Notes under the pieces: generated by a model
Databases searched by the model: none
The model's input: the letters and a program-made list of their open reading frames with translations, nothing else
Told to the model about the DNA's origin: nothing
NCBI GenBank assembly: GCA_963786935.1
Contig: CAWBAN010000003.1
Span: 32,001 to 96,000 of the forward strand
Direction of reading: 5' to 3'
Source: an uncultured bacterium
GTDB lineage: Bacteria; Krumholzibacteriota; Krumholzibacteriia; Krumholzibacteriales; Krumholzibacteriaceae
Length of the DNA stretch: 64,000 nucleotides
Program-made: the position numbers and the translations under genes
Part shown: piece by piece, positions 1 to 11,800 of the stretch
Position numbering within the stretch: position 1 is the first letter of the stretch
How the letters are laid out: the number at the start of each line of letters is the position of its first letter

Positions 1-299
1 TAGAGCTTCCACTGCGCGGCCGGCGCCCACGAGCCCCAGAGCTGCGACCGCACGCGGAGATAGTTGTAGTCGTCGGCGGCCGCTTCCGAGAAATCGTATA
101 CGTTCGCCAAATACTCCTGGCGGAGACGGAGACGGAAGCCCCAGTCGAGCGCGCTCGAGGCCTTTTCCTCCGCGGAGAGATCGCTCGATATGAGGCAGAA
201 CAGCGCGGCGGCGATCGATGCGCGCCGAAACATGCGCGCGGCGGCGCTCGGCGCGCGACGGGGGAATGCGCCTGTCCCCTTCGGCCCGGTGCGGCTCAC
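1..299 (-). CDS. Outer-membrane beta-barrel protein, alginate-export-like (5' part; runs off the window start)
   Basis: Read by hand, not in the ORF track: ...MFRRASIAAALFCLISSDLSAEEKASSALDWGFRLRLRQEYLANVYDFSEAAADDYNYLRVRSQLWGSWAP. Signal peptide followed by beta-strands. Start is GTG 299 (RBS GAAGGGAG) or ATG 233. Confidence 0.6.
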   Translation of the reverse strand, partial: MSRTGPKGTGAFPRRAPSAAARMFRRASIAAALFCLISSDLSAEEKASSALDWGFRLRLRQEYLANVYDFSEAAADDYNYLRVRSQLWGSWAPAAQWKL

Positions 300-454
300 G
301 AGAAGCTCCCTTCGAAACCGGGGTTCAGACTTCCGAGAACTCCCCTTTTTTAGAGCAATTTCGGGGGTATGTCAAGACATCCTCTCCTGTGCTACTATCC
401 GCCGGAATACGATTCGCAGCAGACAGTCCGGCAGATGAATGCAAAGGAGCGGAC

Positions 455-880
455 ATGAAACCGCAGCTACTCGCGCTCGTGGCCGCCGTGGCATGGGGCA
501 TCGGCGGGTATTTCGAGAAAAAGGGCCTCCAGATGGGCCACCTTTCCGCCCAGATGGGGATCACCATCCGCACGGCCGTGGCGCTCGCGATCCTCGGCGC
601 CGTGAGCGCGTCCCAGTGGAAGGCCCTCCCGCAGGCCGGCGCGAAGCCCCTCGTCATGATGGCGCTCGGGGGAGGGGTGCTCGCGGGAGCGATCGGCATG
701 CTGTGCTTCTACGGGGCGCTCAAGGGAGCGCCGCTCGGGCGCGTCATGCCGATCGCCTTCACGTCGCCGCTCTTCGGAGTCATCATGGGAGTGTGGCTCG
801 GCGGCGAGACGCCCGGCGCGCGCGAGATCGCCGGCGTCGTTCTCACGGTCGGCGGGATCGTGCTGCTGACGGCCCGCTGA
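455..880 (+). CDS. EamA/DMT family small transporter
   Basis: MKPQLLALVAAVAWGIGGYFEKKG...FYGALKGAPLGRVMPIAFTSPLF...GE; about 5 TM segments; RBS AAGGAG. Confidence 0.85.
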   Translation: MKPQLLALVAAVAWGIGGYFEKKGLQMGHLSAQMGITIRTAVALAILGAVSASQWKALPQAGAKPLVMMALGGGVLAGAIGMLCFYGALKGAPLGRVMPIAFTSPLFGVIMGVWLGGETPGAREIAGVVLTVGGIVLLTAR

Positions 881-890
881 GGAGGCGCGC

Positions 891-2168
891 ATGACGTATG
901 ACGTGATCGTCGTCGGCGGCGGAGCGGCGGGAATGCTCGCCGCGGGGAGCGCGGCCGAAGCGGGGGCGCGCGTTCTGCTCCTCGAGCGGAACGAGCGTCT
1001 CGGCAGGAAGCTCCGCATCACCGGAGACGGCAGGTGCAATCTGACGAACACCGCCGATATGGAGGCGTTCATACGCAGCTTCGGCGCGAACGGTAGATTT
1101 CTCTACCGGGCGTTTTCCTCGTTTTCGAATCGCGACCTCATCGCGTTCTTCGACGGGCTGGGGGTGGCGACGAAAGAGGAAGAGGGGGGCGCGATATTTC
1201 CGGCGAGCGACCGCGCGGAGAGCGTCGTCGAGGCGCTCGCGCGATACATGAAAAAGCACGGCGTCGAGGTCATGCTGAACGCGCGCGCGTCGGGAATCGC
1301 CGTCGACGCGGCGTCGGGCGCCGTCGCCGGCGTTACGCTCGAGGGACGCGAAGGGACGCTGGGCGCGAAGCGGGTGATACTCGCGACGGGAGGGCTCTCG
1401 TATCCCGCCACCGGCTCGACCGGGGACGGCTACGCGATGGCGAAGGCGCTCGGCCACGCGATCGTGCCGCCGCGCCCCGCGCTCGTTCCGCTCGAGACCG
1501 TCCAATCGTTTCCCGGCCGTCTGCGCGGGGTGTCGCTCGCAAGCGTCGCCGTGACGGCGACGAGCGGCCGGAAACGGATCGCCTCGGAATCGGGGGACCT
1601 CATGTTCACGCATTACGGCGTTTCAGGCCCGGTCGTTCTCGCGCTGAGCGGCGCCGTCGTCGAGCATCTCGACAAAGGCGAGCAGGTCGCCCTCTCCGTC
1701 AATCTGATGCCGGATCTCGACGGACGGGGCGTGGACGATCTCCTTCTCCGGACGTTCGCGCGATCGGGGCGGAAGCAGCTTGCCACGGTGATAGGCGGCC
1801 TCGTGCCGAAAGCGCTCGCGGGCGTTCTCGCCGACGCCGGAGGAATAGCCGCCGACAGGCCGTGCGGCGGGATCACGGCTTCCGAGCGGAAGCGTCTCGT
1901 CGCCCTGCTCTCCGATATGCGGCTCGCCGTGAAGCGGGCGAGACCGATCGCCGAGGCGATCGTCACGCGGGGCGGCGTCGATCTGAAGGAGGTCGACCCC
2001 CGCACGATGGAATCGAAGAAGGTGCGCGGGCTCTCTTTCTGCGGGGAGGTGCTCGACGTCGACGGGCGGACGGGCGGCTTCAACCTGCAGGCGGCGTTCT
2101 CGACGGCGCGCCTCGCCGCGTCGCGCGCCGCCGCGGGGGCGGCGCCGGCGGGCGGCTCCGCGGACTGA
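891..2168 (+). CDS. HI0933/YhiN (BaiN-like) flavoprotein
   Basis: GGGAAG, GRKLRITGDGRCNLTN, ATGGLSYPATGSTGDGY, FTHYGVSGP, GEVLDVDGRTGGFNLQAAFST. Confidence 0.92.
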   Translation: MTYDVIVVGGGAAGMLAAGSAAEAGARVLLLERNERLGRKLRITGDGRCNLTNTADMEAFIRSFGANGRFLYRAFSSFSNRDLIAFFDGLGVATKEEEGGAIFPASDRAESVVEALARYMKKHGVEVMLNARASGIAVDAASGAVAGVTLEGREGTLGAKRVILATGGLSYPATGSTGDGYAMAKALGHAIVPPRPALVPLETVQSFPGRLRGVSLASVAVTATSGRKRIASESGDLMFTHYGVSGPVVLALSGAVVEHLDKGEQVALSVNLMPDLDGRGVDDLLLRTFARSGRKQLATVIGGLVPKALAGVLADAGGIAADRPCGGITASERKRLVALLSDMRLAVKRARPIAEAIVTRGGVDLKEVDPRTMESKKVRGLSFCGEVLDVDGRTGGFNLQAAFSTARLAASRAAAGAAPAGGSAD

Positions 2169-2174
2169 CGATCG

Positions 2175-2849
2175 CTAGCTCTCGTTGGGCTCCCGGCGGT
2201 GGTGTCGCACGACCTTCGCCTGCACCATGTAGATCACTTCTTCGGCGATGTTCGTCGCATGGTCGCAGATCCGCTCGAGGAATCGCGCGACGAGGAGGAG
2301 CTGGACGGCGCGCGGCACGGTGGCGCAATCCTTCGCCATGTAGTCCTCGATCAGCTCGCGCTGGATCGCGTCCCGCAGCTCGTTGGCCTCCGGCTCGACG
2401 AGCAGGACCTTCCTGGCGAGATCGGCGTCCTCGTTCACGAACGACTCGATCGCCATGCCGATCATCCTCTGGGCCACGGCCGTCATTTTCGGGATGTCCA
2501 CGAGCGGCTTGAGGAGCGGCTTGTCGACGATCTCGAGCGTGCGCTCGGCGATGTCGACGGCGATATCGGCGATCCGCTCCAGCTCGGCGTTGATCTTCAT
2601 GCCCGTCGTGATGAACCGGAGATCCTTCGCCATCGGCTGGAACCGGGCGATCAGATCGATGCATTTGTCGTCGATGACGAGCTCCAGCCGGTCGACGTCA
2701 CGGTCGTTCTCGATGACGCTCTTCGCGAGATCGGCGCTCCGCGTCTTGAGGGCATCGATCGACCTGGCGATGGCGTTCGAGCTGAGCGTTCCCATCCCGG
2801 CGACGCTCTTCTTCAGCTCGTCGAGCTCCGTGTCGAAATAGCGTTCCAT
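2175..2849 (-). CDS. phoU: Phosphate signalling protein PhoU
   Basis: [14 protein letters not shown]...QPMAKDLR...ELERIADIA...[13 protein letters not shown]; last gene of the pst operon. Confidence 0.95.
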   Translation of the reverse strand: MERYFDTELDELKKSVAGMGTLSSNAIARSIDALKTRSADLAKSVIENDRDVDRLELVIDDKCIDLIARFQPMAKDLRFITTGMKINAELERIADIAVDIAERTLEIVDKPLLKPLVDIPKMTAVAQRMIGMAIESFVNEDADLARKVLLVEPEANELRDAIQRELIEDYMAKDCATVPRAVQLLLVARFLERICDHATNIAEEVIYMVQAKVVRHHRREPNES

Positions 2850-2857
2850 GCCGTCTC

Positions 2858-3621
2858 CTATCCGTATCTTCCGGTGATGTAATCCTCGGTGCGCTTGTCG
2901 CGCGGCGAGGTGAAGATCGCGTCCGTCTTGCCGAACTCGACGAGCTCGCCGAGCAGCATGAACCCCGTGTCGTCGGAGACGCGCGCGGCCTGCTGCATGT
3001 TGTGCGTGACGATGACGATCGTATAGCTCTGCTTGAGCTCGCGCATGAGCTCTTCGATGCGCGCCGTCGCCTGGGGATCGAGCGCCGAGCACGGCTCGTC
3101 CATGAGCAGGACCTCGGGCTTGACGGCGAGGAGCCGCGCGATGCAGAGGCGCTGCTGCTGCTCGAGCGACAGGCGCAGGGCCGACACGCGCAGCTTGTCC
3201 TTGAGATCGTCCCAGAGGAGCACGCTGCGCAGGCTGCTCTCGACGATCGCGTCCATGTCCGCGCGCGGCATGCGCACGCCGTGGATCCGCACGCCGAAGA
3301 CGATGTTCTCGTAGATCGAGAGGGGGAACGGATTGGGCCGCTGGAACACCATGCCGACCTTCTTGCGCAGGGCGACCAGATCGGTGTCCGGCGTCGAGGA
3401 TGTCCGTCTCGTCGATGAGCACCTCGCCCCTCGGCGCGGACGCCGTCGATCAGGTCGTTCATCCGGTTGAAGACGCGCAGGAGCGTCGACTTGCCGCAGC
3501 CGGACGGCCCGATGATCGCGGTGATCCGGTTCGCCTGAAACGCCGCGTTCGACGTCCTTCAGGGCGTGGAAGGCGCCGTACCAGAGGTTGAGTTCGTGCG
3601 TCGACGATCTTCGTCCGTCAT
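2858..3621 (-). CDS. pstB: Phosphate ABC transporter ATPase PstB (copy 2), frameshifted in its 5' part
   Basis: [56 protein letters not shown], spread over several frames; ATGA overlap with copy 1. Confidence 0.85.
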
Positions 3622-4370
3622 CCGAACTGTCCCCTGATATAGTCGTCGGTGCGCTTGTCCCGCGGCGCGGTGAACATCCTGTCGGTCCGGTCGATCTCGA
3701 CCAGCTCCCCATCAGGAAGAACGCCGTCCGGTCCCCGACCCGCGCCGCCTGCTTGACGTTGTTGGTGACGAGCATCATGCGTGTACCGCTGCTTCAGCTT
3801 CACCATGGCGTCCTCGACCTTCGCCGTGGAGATCGGGTCGAGCCCCGAGCAGGGCTCGTCGAAGAGGATCACCTCGGGCTCGACGGCCAGCGTCCGGGCG
3901 ATGCACAGGCGCTGCTGCTGGCCGCCGGAGAGCTTGAACGCCGACTCCGCAGCCGGTCCTTGACCTCATCCCAGAGATAGGCGCTCCGCAGCGCCTCCTC
4001 CACGCGCTCGGCAGAGCCGTTCGCCGCCGCGGAGGCCGTGCATGCGCAGCCCGTACGCCACGTTCTCGAATATCGAGAGGGGCAGCGGGAGCGGCAGGGC
4101 GAAGACCATGCCGACCTTCCTGCGGAGCGCGCTCGACCTCCATCTTCGCGGACGCTTTTCGCCCTCGAGCTCCACCGCGCCGCTCATCCTGAAGCCGGCT
4201 GCAGGTCGTTCAGGCGGTTGAGCGTCCGGAGGAAGGTCGTCTTGCCGCTGTTCGACGGGCCGATGACGCTCAGGATCTCGTTGGCGAGGACGTCCATGCT
4301 GATGCCCCGCACCGGGCTGGACGGCGCCGAACCAGATGTCGAGCGTCATCGATCTTGAACAGTCTACCAT
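3618..4370 (-). CDS. pstB: Phosphate ABC transporter ATPase PstB (copy 1), multiple frameshifts
   Basis: [52 protein letters not shown] in different frames. Confidence 0.8.
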
Positions 4371-5213
4371 TTCTTCTTCTTCCTGAACCGGTATCGAATG
4401 ATGATCGCCACCAGGTTCATGAACAGCACGAGCGCGAGCAGCACGAACGCCGTGCCGTAGCGGATCTTCTCGTCGACGTTCGGCACCTGGGTCGAGATGA
4501 CGTACAGGTGATACGGCAGGGCCATCGCCTGATCGAATATCGACTCCGGCAGCTGCGGCAGGTAAAACGCGGCGACGGTGAAGAGGATCGGGGCCGTCTC
4601 GCCGGCCGCCCGGCCGAGCCCGAGGATCGTGCCCGGTCAGGATGCCCGGGATCGCGTTCGGGCAGGACGATATGCCGGATCGTCTGCCATTTGCTCGCGC
4701 CCAGCGACAGGCTGACCTCGCGGAACGACTGCGGGACGCTCTCGAGCGCTTCGCGGGAGGCCGTGATGATGACCGGCAGGATCATGATGCCGAGCGTGAG
4801 CGAGCCGGAGAGGATCGAGGCGCCGAACTTGAAGAAGACGACGAAGAGCGCGAGGCCGAAGAGGCCGTAGACGACCGACGGCACGCCGGCGAGGTTGACG
4901 ATGGCGAGCTTGATCAGCCGGGTGAGCAGGTTGTCCTTCGCGTATTCGCTCAGGTAGATCGCGGCCAGGAGCCCGATCGGCAGCGCGAAGACGATCGCGC
5001 CCGCCACCAGATAGAGCGTGCCGACGATGGCCGGGAAGATGCCGCCGGCGCGCATGCCCTGCCGCGGGATGTCGGAGAGGAACTGCCAGCGTGATGCGCC
5101 GGAAGCCCCTTCTCGACGATCATGACGACGATGAATCCGACCGGCACGACGATGAGCAGCGTCGCCAGGAACAGGAGGGAGAATGCGATCCGCTGTGTCC
5201 GGTACGGATTCAT
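4364..5213 (-). CDS. pstA: Phosphate ABC transporter permease PstA, frameshifted
   Basis: [11 protein letters not shown]..., [47 protein letters not shown]. Confidence 0.88.
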
Positions 5214-5215
5214 GG

Positions 5216-6097
5216 TCACTGCCTCTTGTGCAGGAAGAGGTCCGCCGTCACGTTGATCGCGAAGCTGATGACGAACAGGACGATGCCGATGGCGAAGAGG
5301 GCGAAGTAGTGCTCGCTGCCCATCGACCGCCTCGCCCATCTCCGCGGCGATCGTCGCGGTCAGGGTCCGCACCGGCGCGAGGATGCTCTGCGGGATCACC
5401 GCGGCGTTGCCGGTGATCATCATCACGGCCATCGTCTCGCCGATGACGCGGCCGATGCCGAGCATGACCGCGGCGACGATGCCGCTCGAGGCCGCCGGCA
5501 GCATGACGCGCCAGATCGTCTGCCAGTGGGTCGCGCCCAGGGCGAGCGCCGCCTCCTTGTACGTTCTTCGGGACGGAGTAGAGGGCGTCCTCCGCGATCG
5601 AGACGATCGTCGGCATCGCCATGAACGCGAGCATGATCGAGCCGGAGAGCGCGGTGAGCCCGGTCGGCAGGTGGAAGACGTTCTTCACGAGCGGCACGAG
5701 GGTCACCATGCCGATGAAGCCGAGGACGACGCTCGGGATGGCGGCCAGGAGCTCGATGCCGGCCTTCAGGATCTCCTTGGCCCGTTGCGGCGCGATCTCG
5801 GCGATGTAGATCGCGCAGCCGACGCCGATGGGGATCGAGATGAGCGGCCGCGCCGAGCGTCACGAGCGAGCGAGCCGAGGATGAGCGGCAGGATGCCGAG
5901 CTGCGGCGGCTCGGAGATGGGATACCAGCTTCTTGCCGAAGAGGAAGTCGCCGGGGCTGATCGTCTCGAAGAGGGCGAGCCCCTCCTTGAGCAGAAAGAG
6001 GAAGATCAGGAGCGACGAAGAATATCGAGGCCAGCCCGCAGAGGAGGATCGAGCTTCTCGATGATGAATTCCTTGCAGTCTTCCGCTGCATGGGCAT
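5216..6097 (-). CDS. pstC: Phosphate ABC transporter permease PstC, frameshifted
   Basis: [58 protein letters not shown]. Confidence 0.88.
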
Positions 6098-6104
6098 CGC
6101 TGCT

Positions 6105-6963
6105 TGCTTTTCACCGGCACGAAATCGGTTTGCCGGACGATCTCCTGGCCTTCCTTGGAGAGCGCGAAATCGATGAAATTCTTAACCAGGCCCTGCGGCG
6201 CGCCGTTGGTATACATGAGCAGCGGCCGCGAGATCGGATACGAGCCGTTCATGACATTCTCGATGGTCGGCGCGACGTACGCGCGACTCGGCGTCCTTGG
6301 CGATCGCCACCGGCTTCTGCTTGGCGGAGATGTAGCCCATGCCGTAGTAGCCGATGGCGTCGGGGTTCCCCGCGACCTCGTCGGCGATCGCCTGGGAGGA
6401 CGAGAGCATGAGCGCGCCGGGCGCGAACTCCTCCTGTGCTGCTCTTGTCGCTCTTCCGCAGCACGTGCTCCTTGAAATAGACGTGCGTGCCGGAGTTGAC
6501 CTCGCGGGACAGGATGACGATCTGCTCGTCCCTGCCGCCGAGCTCTTTCCAGTTCGTGATCTTGCCCGGAGAAGATGCCCGCGAGCTGGTCGATGGTGAG
6601 CTGGTCGACGGGATTGGCCGGATTGACGACGACCGCCAGCCCGTCGAGCGCCACCTTGATCTCGTACGGATGGAACCCCTTCTTCTTGGCGAGCGCGATC
6701 TCCTTTTCCTTGATGTTCCGCGAGCTCATCGCGATGTCGCAGGTGCCGCTGATGAGGCTCGAGAGCCCCGTGCCGGAGCCGCCGCCGGTGACCGCGATGA
6801 AATCGTCGGGGTGCTTCTCCATGTATCTCTCGGCCCACGCCTGGCCGAGATTGACCATCGTGTCGGAGCCCTTGATCTGAATGGCGTTCTTCTGCGACCG
6901 GCTGCAGCCGGCGATCGCGAGGAAGATCAGCAGGAGCAGAGTATTCCGATGCATCGTCTTCAT
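6105..6963 (-). CDS. pstS: Phosphate-binding lipoprotein PstS, frameshifted; 3' end approximate
   Basis: Lipobox LAIAGC, IKGSDTM, GGGSGTG, DIAMSSR, VALDGLAVVVN, YPISRPLLMYT. Confidence 0.9.
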
Positions 6964-7083
6964 CGTCGTCGCTTCGAAACGTCGTGGTTCATGCGCGCCC
7001 GGATCCGGCGGCGCCGGCGGCGCGGGCTCCGGAGTTGCCTAGGCTATCCTATCCGGCCGTTCGATGCAAGAGAGCTTTTTTCC

Positions 7084-8073
7084 TCAGGCGCGCAGGCGCT
7101 CCCGCATGCTCTCGACGAGCGGCCTCGAGCCGACGTAGAGGGCGGTCCGGTGGTGGGGGGACTCGGGAACGATATCGAGAATGTCGTTCCCCGCCTCGTC
7201 GATCGCGGCCCCGCCCGCCTCCCGGGCGATGAAGGCGGCGACGTTCGCCTCGTAGAGGAGGCGGAGCTTCCCCTTCGGGCGGTTCTTCTCCGGCCGCGGG
7301 TGGTTCACGATCGCCGGATACATGAACATGCCGCCGTTCGAGAGGAGGCGGTGGAAGTCGCCGGCGAGCGATCCCATGTAGCGGAACGCGTATTTCGATT
7401 CGTTGTCCTCGATCCAGCGCTGGACGCCCGCCGCGAAGGTCCGGCGGTTCCCGGCGTTGAAGGAGAGCTCCCAGGTCTTCGGATCCTCGGGGAGCATCAG
7501 CCGCTCGGAGCCTTCGGGCTTCACGTACGTCATCGTCTCGTCGAGATGGAAGCGGAAGACGCCGGTGTCGGCGAGCGCGAGCGTGAAGACGCCGTTCGGG
7601 ATGAGGAAGATGCCCGCCGCGCGGAGCTCGGCGCCGACGCGCAGGCGGCCGTCCTCGGGCCCCTCGAGGTTCCGTTTCGCGACGGCGAACATGAAGCCGA
7701 CGGGCAGGTTGTGCTTGATGTTGCTCGAGCCGTCGAGCGGATCGTAGTAGATGAAGTAGCGGCCGCCGTCCTCGTTGAGCCGGACCGGCTCCGGCTCCTC
7801 TTCCGTGACGGCGTAGATCACCTGATTCGAGCGCCGCAGGTAATGCAGCACGATCGAGTCGGCGATGTCGTCCATCTTCATCACGGATTCGTCCTGGCAG
7901 TTCACGGCTCCCGCCTCGCCCATCATGTTCTTGAGCGAGCCGGTCTGATAGAAGTACTGGATGTACTTGGCCGCCGTCTGGACCGCCTCGAGGAGGACGA
8001 GGAAGTTGTAGCTCCGATGGTGGCGCTCCTGGTGGTGGAGCATGAAATCCATGAAGCTCTGTTCCAGTTTCAT
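7084..8073 (-). CDS. fbp: Class I fructose-1,6-bisphosphatase
   Basis: TEEE, DPLDGSSNI, RYMGSLAGDFHRLL, GKLRLLYEAN. Confidence 0.93.
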   Translation of the reverse strand: MKLEQSFMDFMLHHQERHHRSYNFLVLLEAVQTAAKYIQYFYQTGSLKNMMGEAGAVNCQDESVMKMDDIADSIVLHYLRRSNQVIYAVTEEEPEPVRLNEDGGRYFIYYDPLDGSSNIKHNLPVGFMFAVAKRNLEGPEDGRLRVGAELRAAGIFLIPNGVFTLALADTGVFRFHLDETMTYVKPEGSERLMLPEDPKTWELSFNAGNRRTFAAGVQRWIEDNESKYAFRYMGSLAGDFHRLLSNGGMFMYPAIVNHPRPEKNRPKGKLRLLYEANVAAFIAREAGGAAIDEAGNDILDIVPESPHHRTALYVGSRPLVESMRERLRA

Positions 8074-8108
8074 GGGTAAATTCCCCTCGTTCGCGCACCG
8101 AAGGACGC

Positions 8109-8138
8109 GCGGCGCCGCGGGAAGCTCCGCGGCGCCGC
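8109..8138 (-). terminator. GC-rich inverted repeat downstream of the outer-membrane protein gene
   Basis: GCGGCGCCGCGG-N6-CCGCGGCGCCGC; no U-tract. Confidence 0.35.
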
Positions 8139-8149
8139 ACATGCCGGAT

Positions 8150-8727
8150 CTACCCGCCGAATTCGTACCCGAACGCGAGGTAGAAGATCGGCCCCCACGT
8201 GACGTCGGCGTCTTCGTTTCCGCCGGACGGCTGGGTGATGAAGCCGAGCTCGCCGACGAGGGCATTCTTGCCGCCCTTGAGCGGTTTCGCGATTTCGAAG
8301 ATGCCGCCGACATCGAGGCCGGTCACGTTGTCGTCGTACGCGTCGCTGCTCGTCATCTGGTATCCTATCGCAAGGCCGGGACGAAGCTGCAGTCCGTTCT
8401 GCAGGGTGAAGCGTCCCTTTATGGTCGCCCCCAGCGTGGTGACCGTGCGTGCCGTAATCGTATCCTTCCACGGTGACGGAGGGCCCAGCCAGCATCAGAA
8501 ACGCGCCGAGCGAAAGCTTCGGAGCCACATACCCGTCGAAATACGCGTTGAACAGATAGCCCGTGCCCGTATCGAAATCCCACCCCGGAGGACTGACCGT
8601 CACCGCCCCGGGCAGCATGAGACCGCCCTTGAGGGTGAAATTCCACGACTGTTCCTGGGCGCTCACCGCGGACATCGACGAGGCGACGAGAATCAAGCAC
8701 AACAGGAGCGACGCGCATCGGCTTCAT
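8150..8727 (-). CDS. Small outer-membrane beta-barrel protein, two frameshifts (about 8705 and 8445)
   Basis: Joined frames give a signal peptide (SAVSA-QEQ), amphipathic strands (WNFTLKGG, LQLRPGLAIGYQ) and the barrel terminus FYLAFGYEFGG. Confidence 0.7.
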
Positions 8728-8778
8728 GCCGACCTCCTTGCGAAAAGAACCCGAACGGTAAGGACCGACAATAGGCGG

Positions 8779-8807
8779 AGCCTATCGAAACGCCGGAATC
8801 GTGTCAA
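8779..8807 (-). promoter_or_regulatory. Sigma70-type promoter
   Basis: TTGACA-17 nt-TAGGCT on the minus strand. Confidence 0.55.
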
Positions 8808-8837
8808 CCATCCGTTCGCCGTCTCGCGCGCCCGGCA

Positions 8838-11800
8838 TCACCGGCTCTTGTTCGGGTACGGCGGAGGCGGCGGCACGGCCGGCGGATTCGCCTTCAGAAG
8901 CCCGAGCACGACCTCGATCGCCTTGTCGAGCTGTTGATCCTCCCCGGCGAATTCGCGAACGGGATCGTTGTCGACGTAGATGTCCGGCTCGACCCCTTTC
9001 CCCTCCATGATCCATTCCTTCCCCTCGGCGTCGTACCGCGAAAACTCCGGCTTGTTGAGATAGCCGCCGTCGAGGAGCGGGAGGCTCCCGCGGATCCCGA
9101 CGACGCCGCCCCACGAGCGCTTGCCGATGACCGGGCCGATCCCGTATTTCTTGAACCGGTAGGCGACGATGTCGCCGTCCGAGGCGGAGAACTCGTCGAG
9201 CAGCATCACCTTCGGGCCGACGATCGTGCCGTCGGGATCGGGGGCGTACGACGTGTTCCGCGCGATGTCGATCATCGCCACCTCGCGCCTGAGGCGCTCG
9301 ATGATCTGGGAGGAAACGTTCCCGCCGCCGTTCCCGCGCACGTCGACGATGAGCGCGTCCTTGCGGATCTGGGGATAGTAGTACTTCACGAACTGATTGA
9401 GCCCGTCCGCGCCCATGTCGGGGATGTGCACGTATCCCACGCGGCCGCCGGCGGCCTTGTCGACCTTCTCGAGATTCCGCTGGACCCAGTTGAAATAATA
9501 CAGCTCGCGCTCGTCGGCGATCGGCACGACGACGACCGTCCGCGCGCCCGATTCCTTCGGCGCCGCGTTGACCGAGAGCGTGACCTGTTTGCCCGCGGTG
9601 TTCCAGAGCGCTTCGGAGATGTCCCGCATTCCCGCGGTGGAGACTCCGTTGACGGCGACGATGTACTCGCCCTGCTTGACGTCGACGCCGATCTCCGTGA
9701 GCGGTGAGCGGAGGCTCGCGTCCCAGTTCTGCCCCTTGAGGATCTCGTCGATCCGGTAGCACTTCGTCGAGGCGTCGCGAGAGAGCTTCGCGCCGAGGAG
9801 GCCCTGCTGCACCCGGTCGGCCTTCGGGTAGTCTCCGCCGCCGACGTAGGCGTGGCCGATGTTGAGCTCGCCGATCATCTCGCCGATGAGGTACGTGAGG
9901 TCGGCCCGGTGATTCACGAAGGGGAGGAGCGCCCCGTAGCGCGTCCGCATGAGCTTCCAGTCGACGCCGTGGAGCGACGGATCGTAGACGAAGTCGCGCA
10001 TCTGGCGCCAGCATTCGTTGAATATCTGCTTCCATTCGGCCGTGCGGTCGAGGATCACGCGCATGTCGGAGACGTTGAGCTTCTCGCTCGTATCGATCTT
10101 TCCCGTGGGGAGATCGATGATCGAATAGGAGCCTCCCTGCTCGACGAGCATCTTCTTGCCGTCCGCGGAAATCTCGTATCCGTTCACCTCGCCGAGCTCG
10201 GTCTCCTTCTGCTTCTCGAGATCGTAGAGGAGGAGCAGCGTCTTCGGATCGCGCCTTCCGCCTCTGATGTAATAGACGTTGTCGCCGACGCACGAGACGC
10301 TGCGATAGGTCGAGGCCGCCGTCGGGATGACGGCGATGCGGCTCTGAATGCCGTCGGCGTCGACCGTGATCGGCTTCTGCTCTTTCTGGTCCTCTTTCTT
10401 CTCTTCCTTCGCTTTCGCATCCTTGCCTTTCGCCTCGTTGTCGGGCGCGCCGCCCGCGCTCACCTCGTCGCTCTTGGGGGCGAAGGGGGAGGGAACCGAT
10501 TTCGACAGGGTCACGAGGTAGATGCGCGCCATGTCGAGGTAGATGTGGTTCCACTCGGTCTGCCCGTACAGCGGGCTGAAGCTGCGGTCCGAAACGAAGA
10601 AAAGATACTTCCCGTCGGGGCTGAAAGCGGGGCCGAAGGAGGTGAACCACCCGTCCGTCACCTCGATCGTCTTCTTCGAATCGAGGGAGTAGAGCTGGAT
10701 CGTCGTCATGCGCCGGTCTTCCGGTTTCGCGTACGCGATCCACCGGCTGTCGGGCGACCACGCGTAATCCCGCATTTCGAACGCGGCCGCCTCGGCGACG
10801 ACGGTCACGCTCTTCGAACCGACGTCGACGTACTGGAGGCGCTGCTTCCGGTCGGACCACAGGAGCTTCTTGCTGTCCGGCGACCAGAGCGGCTGGTATT
10901 TGTAATTGTCCCCGCCGCTCGTGAGACGGATGGATTCGCCGCGTCCGTCCTGCGGCACGAGCCAGAGCTCATCTTCCCCCGAGGCATCCGAGACGCACGC
11001 GATCCATTTCCCGTCGGGGGACCACTTCGAGTTGCGCTCGTGCACGCCGGGAGTCTTCGTCAGGTTCCTCGTGTTGCCGTGCTTCGCCGGCACGGTGAAG
11101 ACGTCGCCGCGCGCGCCGAAGAGGGCGCGGCTCCCGTCGGGGGCGATTTCGAAGTTCGTGATCTCCCCGGAAACGTCGCGGAGCCCGCCCCGGCCGATCG
11201 CGAAATCTTCCCGGATCGTGATCGGCACCCGGCGGACCTTCTCGGTCGCGAGGTCGAGGACGTGGAGGTACCCGCCGTTCTCGAAGACGATCGCGTTATC
11301 CCCGATCGACGGGAACTTCACGTCGTACTCGGTGAAGTCCGTGAGCTTGCGGGTCTGCTTCGTCGCGATATCGAGCGCGTAGAGATTTATCCGCCCCGAT
11401 TCCTCGCGATCGGAGGCGAAATAGACGGTGCCGCCGCGAAGCATCGGGATGATATCCTGCGCGGGATTGTTCGTGAGGTTCGTCGTCGTCTTGGCGGCGA
11501 AATCGTACAGCCAGACGTCGTCGGCCTGGCCGCCGCGGTAGCGCTTCCACGTGCGGAACTCGCGGAACACGCGGTTGTAGACCATCGTTTTGCCGTCGGC
11601 CGAGAACGAGCAGAATCCTCCGCGCGGGAGCGGGAGCTGCTCGGAATCGCCTCCCTCGCGCGGGATGGCGAACAGCATTCCCTTGAAATCGTTCGCCTCG
11701 TGCATGCGTGAGCGGTAGACGATCGTGTTGCCGTCCCGCCACGCCATGACGATGTTGTTCGGGCCCATCCGGTCGGAGACGTCGTCGCGCCCGAGCGTGG

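Noticed and set aside
2175..3422. Apparent 415-aa PhoU fusion, and similar extended ORFs at 14553, 25620 and 60677
   Set aside because: The extensions are off-frame reads through the upstream gene; the real starts are internal.
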